A model generated the notes under the pieces. That model made no database searches and had not been told where the DNA came from. It was given only the letters and a program-made list of their open reading frames with translations. Both the position numbers and the translations under genes were made by a program. A DNA stretch of 64,000 nucleotides from Entomortierella parvispora E1425 (lineage: Eukaryota > Fungi > Mortierellomycota), in NCBI GenBank assembly GCA_020891255.1, contig BQFW01000015.1:2046001-2110000 (forward strand). Direction: 5' to 3'. Below are positions 40,629 through 50,829 of this stretch, one piece after another. The stretch's first letter is position 1. Every line of letters starts with the position of its first letter.

Positions 40629-43600
40629 ATGGAGAGCCATAAAGAACCCACTTCCCTCCCCTTCTCATCCTCGGCAGCGACCTCTTCTCAATCTCACCCG
40701 CCTGCTGCCCCATCCTCTACCTTCTCCTCCACACAGTCACCATCGCAATCACAACCACAACCACCACAATCGCAATCAGAACCAAGAACAGTCGTCTCCA
40801 CCTCCACTGCATCCACATCACCCCGATCAAATTTGGCGGCAACCTCCAACTCTGAATCCTCACGATCTGCAAAGTCCTTGCATACGGACCACACCATGAA
40901 GGAGGATCACCCTATGTATCAGGATGAGCTTGATCAAGAGGAGGATGCGGATCAACAAATGAACGGTGACGACGAAGGCGACAACGAACAAGAGGATGAG
41001 GATGATGAGGATGTGGATGACCTCTCCAGTCTGTCCTCTTCTCTGTCCATGGACGAGGATGAGCACAGCGATACGGAAACCAACAATAATAACAACAACA
41101 AAACCCGCGGAAAGCACCATCCAAATTCTTCAAGCCGCAGAGAGTCAGTCGGTGCACGCAAGCGGTCTGCGGCGCCAGAGTCTCATTCTGAATCAGATTC
41201 AGCATTAGATTCCGCACATGACTCTCAACTCGACTCTGAATCCGATTCTGATCTGGACACGGAATCAAAAGCACCATTGTCGCTGTCGCGGAGACAAAGT
41301 ACCCTTGCGGCCGCAACCGCTCTCTCGTCCTCGACTGATTCTCGGAGACAGAGTGTTGCAGGAATACGCCGCGAAAGCCAAGGAACTCGGGATCACCTTC
41401 AGCCTCATGGACAGGCGCGTGCACGGGAGCTTGATGAAAATGATGACCATGGCGAGGACATGGACGTGGATCAGGATCGCCCCCAAGGGCAGATTTCCTC
41501 CGGCGCCACCAAGAGATCGACAGTCCTCCGCGAGCCTGTTTCCGGAGACCCAACTGTGGTTTTTGAAGACTCGAACGCCACAGCGAGCGAGAGTGAAGGG
41601 TAAGGAGACTTTGCTGAAGGAACATGGGGGGGGGGGGAGTCAAAGTGCCTACAGAAGCAGGGGCTTGCGCGTGTTTGCGAGGGTGGGAGGAACAGGGAAA
41701 CGATGGATGGCTCCCTTTTTTTATCAGCGTTTGGCTCTTTCTTTCCCTTTGCTTCTTCCCATGCTGGGTCCTTTTTTTTTTTTTTGGAACATCCTTTCCG
41801 TCCCATGCATGCTGGATCCTCCTACCCAACCATTGCCGGCATTCCCTGGGAGCGGATGAGCTTCCTGTACTTGTACACTTGTGCGCTTGCTTGACCAGAC
41901 ATTAGTACCTCGGGGTATTTTTTTTGTGTGTGTGTGTGTATGCGTGTGTTTTTTTGTCTTTTGGCTTTGACAACCTGACCATGTCGCAGGAAATATTCGT
42001 CGGGTCAAAAATGCTCTGCACTCGATTCAATGCAGACTGACGCAGTCTCTTGGAAGGCCAAGCTGACGAGCGAAACTTTGTCGGCCATTTTCAGCCCCCA
42101 AACGGATCATTGTAACATCGGGCAATAAGAGTCACCACAGTCCTTTGCCTAGCCCAGGGGGGGCTGTCTTTCACCGCAGTCTCGAAACACACAATGTCTA
42201 ACCTTACCATTTCTCCTCGTTGGTTTAGAAGTCTTGCTCTTGAGGGCATCGACAGTGCTCGCCAATGGCCCTCCATGTCGGACAATCCGGAAAAGTCAAA
42301 AAAGTCTGGACTGGGAATCTCGCAAAAGTTGGCGTCAACAAAAGCAGCTGTCATCACCGGGTCAGGAGAGCGCCCTCATTCTTCAGGTCAAACTTCGACA
42401 CTCTACTATTCAACGCCTACAACGCGCTCCAGCCGCGTCAAGGATTCAATCACCAAGGAATCGACACCTCGTAAATGGGTCTGCCAGCCTGTACCCTTCG
42501 CGACTCTTGGAGGTGAAATGATGTTGCCGCTCTGGATTCCAAGTAAGTCATTGAAATGGATGGTCAGATTTTTTCTACTGGGTGAGGGGAAGTACTGGTG
42601 TTTTTTGTATCTTAGTGAGCTTAAGAAGGGAGGGTCGGATATCAAGAAATCTCCTCCCGCCAAGATTGAGTGAATGGACTGTTGGCTTCAACAAACCTTG
42701 CTAGAGGATCAGGCGCTGCTCCTTCCCGAGCAAGGTGTCATCGACCAGTCATGGGTGTGATGGATAAAGTGAAAGAAACACACAAAGGCAATGGGCTATG
42801 GAGGGACAGAGGAACAGGAAATGGGGAAATGAATTCTATGACTTCATTGGATGGCTGGCAACGACATTGTTGTGCTCTTATTGTTCTCTTGTCTCCCCTG
42901 GAAGAATAACAAGGGAAAGGGGCCGATGACCTTGTGCTCCCATGGCTTTGGGCATGGTCCTGCATCAACATCAACGGCTCGAGGCGCCTCGTTTGGATGA
43001 ACTGGATGGTGAAAACGAAATTATTTTTAAAATATTTTTTTTGGCGGGAAAATAATGTTTTTCGTCAGTGGGTGCATTGGCGGAAGAAAGGGAAGGGGAA
43101 ATCAGAGAGCACAACGTGTGCGGGAAGTGCGATTGAATGAGATTCTACTGTATCGACTGGATGGCTGACAGAGAGAGACTACAAAAACAACACAAAACAG
43201 ATCACAATATTAATCTCCCCTTTTTTTGTTTTTTTTTTTTTTCCTCCCGCACTTTCCATATTCCTCCTTACCCTCCCTCGCCCCCAACGAATAGAGGGAG
43301 ATATGCTGTTGAATGAACCAGTGGCACCCCTAGAGCTGGAGGCAGAAGGAATTGACGTGGATCTGGTTGCACCTGCGCACCATCATCACCATCATCATCA
43401 CCATCACCACCACCAACACCTCATGTCGACCGACCCAGAACTCACAAACACATCACGTCAAAAGCGAAAGATGAAGCTCAAGGATCTTGCCCTGAGAGAA
43501 TCCAGGGACCCTCAGGACCTGGAACTGTATGAGCAGGCTGAGCCTAAGCGTCGCCATATTAGTGACCGTCCCAAGGACATCAAGGGCAAGGGCACCCTCA

Positions 43601-44949
43601 AGGAGCGAAACCCCCTCGACATGAGACTCAAAGCCAACAGGGAGGAACGTTTGCGCCTCAAGAAAGAAAAGAAGCTCATCCAGGCCTCAAGAGAGCGGTC
43701 CGAGTCGAACGTGTCAACCCGCGATTCTACTCCAACGACACCCGTCGAAGGGGGGCCCGAGGAAGGATCCCCTTCGCGAGCAGACCACCGCTTTATGGAC
43801 AGCACTCTGTCTTCACCTTCTGGCGCAAATCGTCCACGACCCTTTATTTGTGATATTGAGGACTGCGGGAAGAGATTTGTCGACGCCATCCAATTGGAGA
43901 GGCACAAGGAACGCCATGGACCAAAAGAACTCGAATGTGACTTGGACATGTGCCGTAAGCTGTTCTCGTCCATCATGCTGCTGCGTCGTCATCAGTCCAT
44001 GGTCCATAAGAGGCGTTCCGAAAAATGGGAAAGTCCACCTGGCACTACTCGCCAACGATCTGGACGGTCCAGGAGAAAGGAACCCAGGATTGTTGCTTCC
44101 GGCGATGTCATGTACAACTTTGACTCTGAGCCAGACCAGAAACGTGCTTCAATGGAGGTTGACGAACTAGCGGACGATCACGAGCAACGAGAACGGACCT
44201 TGGACGATGACGGTAACGACGATGGTCAATATTCGGGCGACCCAAGAGCCTCAAAGACACCAAGAGATCTCAAGTTACCCAGGCCCCCCAAGGAGCAAAA
44301 ACCACTTAAGGAGGCTAAACTGCCCAAGATCAAGGCGCCAAGAGAGCCGAAGCTTGCAAAGCCAACCAAGGCCTATATCCCCAAGAGACTGGCTCCACGA
44401 GGTGACGACGAAATGTCCTTGGAGAACTCGATGGAGGGAGAAGCTGGTCCCAGCGGGTCTTCTGGCGTTGACAGTGACCATGTCATGCGAGGACCTCTCC
44501 TTACCACCAGTTCTGGGGCAGTTGGAAGTGCTGAAGGTGTTCAGACCACTTTATCTGCTCCAGTTGTCAAACCAAGACCTTTCCACTGTACCTATGACGA
44601 CTGCAAAAAGGTGTTTATCGATGCAATTCAGCTGGAGCGACATCTGGAACGCCATGGACCAAAGGAACTGGAGTGCGGCATTGACGGATGCCGTAAGCGA
44701 TTCTCAGCCATCATGTTGCTTCGACGCCACCAATCTATGGTCCACAAGCGCAGAAGCCCCGCCATTGCTGTCTCGGCCACCACTGGAGCCCGCGCCAAAA
44801 CGACCGCCTCAAGCCCATTGGCCACGCGTCCTGCCAATTCTAGTGTTGAGCCCCAGCCCACCGCTCCACCATCCGAACCTCATTCAGCTCCTGATGCCAA
44901 CAGCGAGCCCCACCCTGCCCCTCCCAATGGCTACACTGACCGTGTCTAA
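40629..44949 (+). CDS. YY1/Pho/Iec1-like C2H2 zinc-finger protein; exons 40629-41599, 42229-42542, 43295-44949
   Basis: Splice phases join all three exons. Acidic N-terminus, REPO-like RKWVCQPVPFATLGGEMMLPLW, His12 tract, two pairs of C2H2 fingers with the HGPK linker (YY1 has HGPR). Confidence 0.75.
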
Positions 44950-45348
44950 AACTCTTTCTCTATCTTTGCTTTTACCTCTTTTCTTTCTATTTTCCTAGTT
45001 TTTCCTTCTGTACACTTCCAGTTCACTTTTTTTTCTTTTGTTCATCCTTTTGCTGACTTTTGCGCTTACTTCTGTACCATTCACTCCCATGCTCCCCTTC
45101 TTTCTTTTTCTTCTCTGCTTGCCCTTCTTTGCTTGCTTGCTTTCATCAATTTCTGTACCATTTCAACTTCTTTTTTTTTTTCTTGTTATGACTTTCATCC
45201 CCTAATCCTTCACGGCGCTTGTATTCGTCCGTTCAACCAATGCTTTCAAAACAAATGACAAATAAAAGCATCTCAAGATTCTCGCGAATTTTATTCCTTG
45301 CACAAGTCTGGTGTTAGAGCTATAGTACCTCTATGTAAGAACTTTCCT

Positions 45349-46829
45349 CTAATGCTTTCTCTCGGTGCCTCGTTGAACAAATGCGGACGCGTACGAGACG
45401 CTGGAGTCCGAGGTGGTCAAGACTTCGCTTGACTGGGAGTAATGCACAAATTGGATACGATGGTGCCCAGTGCGACCATTCTCGCCCTGCCGACCCTTGG
45501 ACGCGTCCAATTCTTGGAGGGCAGCCATGAGAACGCCAATAGGGTGACGGCCACAGATGGTATTCTTGGTCTGGGACAAATATCTGCAGTATGCCCCATG
45601 GTCTCCTTGTTCAATCTTCTCCATGCCCTCGTGGTCCAGATCTCGAATGGATTCGAAAATCTTGCGCCCTTGTGCAGAAGGAGGTTGATAGTTCTTTTTG
45701 CCGCCAGAGCGCGCAAGACTTTGCGTCACCGTTCCTTGCTCATCCCTGTAATATGTGTAATCGAATCGAGTTCCCCTACATAAGAGTGACAACTTGTTGG
45801 ATTAATTTTGGGTAATCCACAACACTCTCCCCTCGTCCCACGCCCTCTTTTTTTTTTTTTTTTTTTTTTACCAATGACAGAAATCACTCGAGATGACAAA
45901 GAGGTTCTCGGAATCATTCAGATACGGCGCCAAAAGCTTTCCATAGGACCGTTCCGTGGTTTCGTTCAATGCCCCGACTAAGATAGGGACAATTTCGATG
46001 GGGTTCTTCTCAAAGACCTTGTAGATATAAGGCAGATGCATTTCCAAGCTGTGTTCGTCTTCATCTGTTTCCTGGGACATTTGGTCAAACTTTCCCGTCT
46101 GTGCCAACTCCTCGGTCGCTAGGGGATACCACACGTGTTAGTGCCTTACACCCGAAGGAGACAAAAGTGACCTCCCACAGAGAGATGACCGCCTTTTTTG
46201 TACAAAAGACTTACTAATCTGATCCACAATGAGATCTCCCAGAGGAGTTTCGTAACGCTCGCACTTTGAAAGAGCACATCCTGCCAAGTAGATATGATGG
46301 GATGGTCCGAGGATGAACACGCGTTTGCTGGATAAGATGGCATCATCATTACAAAGAGAGAGGAGGGGGACATAGGTTAGTCTTATCCTATGATAGTTGG
46401 ATCGATACCACACAAATGCCACTGCACATTACAAGAGGTCAGGGTTGATGCATTTGTAAGCGAATCCCGCTGCTGGTCCACTGTACGAGTATCCAGCATG
46501 CCTACATGTCACCGAAAGAAAAGACAAAAAAAAAAGGATTCAGCGACACATCTCCAACAGAAACGGGACTATAGCTGAAAAGAAGACAGAGATCGAGACT
46601 CACGGTGCAATGATGGCGCGTAAACCGTCGATAGGGAGCGCGTCTCCTTGGGCAGTCTCTGACCCGACCTTGGTCAACCATCCGGTCAACTGGCGGTCCA
46701 GCTCCTTTTCTAGAGAAGCAAAAAAGGATTAGCAGCGGGAGAAGGACTACTTTGTGTGGGCAAAAGCAAGCAGGTCTTACTGTTGGACGAGTACCAAGAC
46801 CCAGCATGGGAAGCATCTCGCGCACTCAT
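45349..46829 (-). CDS. MEMO1: MEMO1 / Mho1 family protein, 6 exons
   Basis: [79 protein letters not shown]. Confidence 0.96.
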
Positions 46830-47098
46830 TTGGGTAAAACTTTCTTGGAATGAAGGGAGGAAGAGAGGAAGGTGAATGAGGAGAACACAGAGGAAAGAGA
46901 GCGTCCCTGACCCTTTTCTTGTCCTTTTCTGGGCGCATGACCCGCAACCAGGCCACTGTGGGCACGTGCAGTACGCCACCAAAGTACGACTGTAGAAAGG
47001 GGTCATGCATTCAATCACCATGCTTGCCGCATGCTCTCTTTCCTCCTCGCCCTTGAACATCGGTTCGCACATTTCACTCCCTGTCCCAGTCTGGATGC

Positions 47099-48105
47099 AT
47101 GAATCACTCCAGGACCCATCAGGATGAGGCGGCTGAGGAAGAGCTCTCTATTGTCCATCGCATCCTCGGTCAGGCTTCGTTTGTGCTCGAGAGTCCCACG
47201 CTCTTTGACCAGCTTTGGACCCCTGCCTATCTTGCACGGTCTTTTCAATGGACAGAACATCTACAATCGATCATCAAGGGCAATACGCGAGACGATGCCT
47301 TAAGAGATGACTTGGATGTGGACGATGATCAAGAGGTCGACCCTAAAACCACGATAGCTCGATTCTTGGAGAGATCAAAGGCAAAAGGCCCGTCCACAAT
47401 CAAGGTCCAAGGCAAGGACAAGGAACTGGTCCCTGTCACCTTGGAAGAAATGGCGGATCCTACAAACACCCTCTGCAGTCGACTACTCCACAATCCAGTC
47501 ATTTCGGACCGTGTGAGAAAAGAAGTTGTCGACTTTATGGTGACGAATGAATCCAGGGGTATCCAAACACCCGTCCATACAAGGGCCACGGCACAGCTCT
47601 TGGCCAGCATACAATCCCATATGAAGCAAGTCCCTCCACCGTTGCAGATTGTTGCTACTATTGATGAAGGTATGTACGGACTCTAGTAAACGCCCTCCCC
47701 TCCTTTTTTGGTCCAAAAACAATAACGGCAACGCCTCACTCTCTATGCACAGAGGAATTACATCATCGAGCACAAGCGCAAGCTATTTTAGAAAGAGTTC
47801 GTAATGCTGGGTCAGCGATCGACCAGGAGACCACACTTCGACGCTTGGATGAGTACCTGATCCAAGCACGATCAGAAGCCATGGTAAACCAACTTTTGAC
47901 TCTACACGGATTCTGGTTCTTTCCTGAAGATACCATGTTCTGATCTTGACCTTTTTTGTTTTTTCCAACATAGGCCGTTATCCGTCAACTGATGCTCATC
48001 ACTGAAGAGGACAAGGAAGAAGACAAGGCAACAGTAGACGTCTACCTGGAGGCGTTTCGAGCAGCCTTGTCTGCTCGATTGCAGGGCTACAGCAAATCAA
48101 AATAA
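47099..48105 (+). CDS. FANCF-like protein (277 aa), exons 47099-47669, 47753-47883, 47974-48105
   Basis: Canonical GT-AG introns give one continuous frame. Three colinear blocks resemble human FANCF as recalled: WTPAYLARSFQWTEHLQSI, LCSRLLHNPVISDRVR and RAQAQAILERVRNAG. Confidence 0.68.
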
Positions 48106-48354
48106 AATGGCCTGTCTTTCTCTCGTATCAAAGCCACCTGATTTTTGGTGTACCTTTCGCGTTCACCTTTTTTTTTTTTTCTTTTCATTCTTCTTTACAT
48201 TTATTCATTCACCCCATTCATTCAGTCGAAAGCACATTTGGACGCTCAGCTTTCGAATCAGGATCTCAAACAAAGAAACCAATAGACGACGCTTGGTTTG
48301 CACCTCCAAACTATCTTCAAGAATACACCAGCAAAATCTCACTATCACAACAAC

Positions 48355-50040
48355 ATGGCTTGGGGCGGTGGAAACGCAAACAGTGTGGACGCATGGGTGA
48401 AACGACTCAAAGAGAACGACAGTTCTTTCACCAGTCTCCACATCCTCTCCTTCCGCAGAGTCACCAGTGCAGAGCTCGGACGAGTCTTTGAGGCCCTGGA
48501 GGACAACTCGACTCTCAAAGAACTCTATGCCTCGGGACATGCTCTAGACGAGGAAGCCGTTCAAAAGTTGGCCACATCGCTGCAAAAGAACACCACGTTG
48601 GAGAGACTCAACATTGGAAACGATACTGTCGGCGCACGATTCGGTGTGATCCGTGTCCTGATGGATGGTTTGGCCCTGAACAAAGGCTTGGTCAAGCTGG
48701 ATCTGGAAAACAAAGGCTTGGGAGGTCTTCAGGAAGAAGGAGCGTCGACTGATGCCGGTATCGGAAGCGTTCAAAGCCTGGCCCGTGCTCTGGAAAAGAA
48801 TGAAACTCTCAGGGAACTGAACTTGGCCCGGAACAAGCTGACGGACAAGGATGTTTCGGTCCTCTGTCAGGCCCTCGCCAAGAACAAGTCGCTTCAGAAA
48901 TTGGATCTTTGCCTCAATGATTTCAAGATGCAGGGCACGCAGGCCGTCGCTGACATGTTGGCGGGTCAGAACCAACTCGTGGAAGAGACGCACTTGGGAT
49001 TGAGGGAAGTGGATCTGAGTGATAACGACATTACGGAGGAAGGAGGAAAGGCTATCGGACGTTCCCTGGCTACAAACAAGGTCTTGCAGAGACTGAGAAT
49101 GAGCTCCTGCATGGATCCACCCTTGCCAGTGGAGGAGGACGATGAAGACAAGATTCCCTTGGATGATGAAGTCCAGGCTTTGAACAAGGCTTTGACCAAG
49201 GAAGAGGAGGCAGAGATCGTTTCGGATGGCGATGCCGTTGTGGGAGCGATTGCAGAGTCACTCAAGGCTAACTCGACCCTTCAGGAACTTTGGATGGACT
49301 TTTGCAACATTTCCTCTATCGGAGCCACGACTTTGGCCCATGCTTTGAGACAGAACCGAGGTCTGACTACGTTGCGGATGCGCAACAACCGCATTGGCAA
49401 CCGAGGTGCACGCTCCTTGGGTGCAGCATTGACGCCGGCTTCAGGACCTGCGGGACATGATGACAGTGCATCTGGATCAGTCACTCGACACAACATTACG
49501 TTGATGAACCTGGAGCTGGGCTCCAACAAAATTGGCGTCTTGGGTTGGCACGGTCTTGTGGGTGCTAGCTCACTCGAAAGTTTGGGTCTGTATGATAACC
49601 AGGTCTCTGTGCTCCATGAGGCATTGGAGACGCACAACAAGCTTTCAGAGGAATCATCATCGACACCAGAAGTTAATGCCGCCGACATGGCCAATGGATC
49701 CAGCTCTGAACAAGCTCTCCAGAGACTTGTTCATCTTGATGTCGGCTGCAACGCGATCTCGCGTGATAGCTTCACGCAATTGGGAGAGTGTTTGATCAAG
49801 GGCATGCTGCCTGCTCTTATCCGACTCGAGATTGCCGGCAATGGCGACCGATCCGAAGCACCTGAGAATGGCGATGGCGATGAGGAGGAAGGTCCCACCG
49901 ATCCTGAGGACCCAGACCAGGATCCCGGTCAGAGCGAGGAGCAAACGGCCTGGGAAAACGTGGCTACAAAGGTGGAAGAGGCTCGGCCGGCCTTGGCCAT
50001 TCACTGGAAGGGCGCAGGCGCGATGCAACAGCAACAATAG
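48355..50040 (+). CDS. Intronless RNI-like leucine-rich-repeat protein (about 561 aa)
   Basis: Repeated LxxLxLxxNxIxxxG units (TLRELNLARNKL, SLQKLDLCLNDF, GLREVDLSDNDITEEGG, GLTTLRMRNNRIGNRGA) with acidic insertions; first likely ATG at 48355. Confidence 0.88.
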   Translation: MAWGGGNANSVDAWVKRLKENDSSFTSLHILSFRRVTSAELGRVFEALEDNSTLKELYASGHALDEEAVQKLATSLQKNTTLERLNIGNDTVGARFGVIRVLMDGLALNKGLVKLDLENKGLGGLQEEGASTDAGIGSVQSLARALEKNETLRELNLARNKLTDKDVSVLCQALAKNKSLQKLDLCLNDFKMQGTQAVADMLAGQNQLVEETHLGLREVDLSDNDITEEGGKAIGRSLATNKVLQRLRMSSCMDPPLPVEEDDEDKIPLDDEVQALNKALTKEEEAEIVSDGDAVVGAIAESLKANSTLQELWMDFCNISSIGATTLAHALRQNRGLTTLRMRNNRIGNRGARSLGAALTPASGPAGHDDSASGSVTRHNITLMNLELGSNKIGVLGWHGLVGASSLESLGLYDNQVSVLHEALETHNKLSEESSSTPEVNAADMANGSSSEQALQRLVHLDVGCNAISRDSFTQLGECLIKGMLPALIRLEIAGNGDRSEAPENGDGDEEEGPTDPEDPDQDPGQSEEQTAWENVATKVEEARPALAIHWKGAGAMQQQQ

Positions 50041-50225
50041 ATGCTTAGTCATTTTTTCTACAATGAACATATAAAACATACTATGGGTTTGGAGCAACTA
50101 CTGTACATGTTGTTGACAGCGAAACGCGAGCCGTCTTTGAACAATAGTCAGTCTGTCAGACGGGAAGGAGAGATTGACGAATCGCGTTGGATAACGACAC
50201 CCGGCCATCGGATCCCAAGCAGCGG

Positions 50226-50226
50226 C

Positions 50227-50269
<43 letters not shown>
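50226..50269. repeat. (CAGA) x11 microsatellite, followed by degenerate GACAG/GGACAGTG repeats at 50359-50429
   Basis: Direct reading. Confidence 0.9.
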
Positions 50270-50829
50270 AATGAAGTGGGCACAGACAAACAAAAGCTGA
50301 GAAGGCTCAGAAGGGATGGATGGTCGTGGCGAAAGATGACTTTTCTTGTGAGCAAATGCGACAGTGTGACAGTGTGACAGCGGGACAGGACAGTGGGACA
50401 GGACAGTGGGACAGTGTCACGGACAGAGACGCGCCTGTTTGCCCCACTTGTGGAGAAGGAGAGGAACAAGCCGAGCCGGGTTCTGTCTGTCTGATCCTTT
50501 TTCTCTGTTACTGCACTGCGATGATGCGTTGGCGGTGGAGGTCGGATGGTGGTGTTTCTATGTTGCTATGTTGCCATGTCGACTGACCGAGGGATGGGAG
50601 AGGCTGAACGAGGATGACAAGGTGAGAAAAGGAAGGGGCTGTGTCCGTGGCGTGGACTCGAACGGGTTCAACCATGCACGGCCGGTCTGGACCCGAGCGA
50701 GTCGCCTGAACAAAAAAAACGCGCCCCCCTCCCTTCTTTCGTTTCTCTCTCTTCTTTCCAGCCCTTTGTCCCATTCCTGTTCTCCATTCCGCTCTCCTCT
50801 CTTTTTTCATTCATCCCATTGCCTTCACC

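Noticed and set aside
48355-50040. LRR protein as RanGAP (Rna1) or a true tropomodulin
   Set aside because: RanGAP motifs (GNTxG, DxFTGR, GRNRLE) and the tropomodulin N-terminal actin/tropomyosin-binding half are not present.
50587-50592. CCGAGG (FarA-type fatty-acid response element) upstream of ACSL copy 1
   Set aside because: A single 6-mer, absent from the copy 2 promoter; the motif is defined in ascomycetes and is expected by chance.
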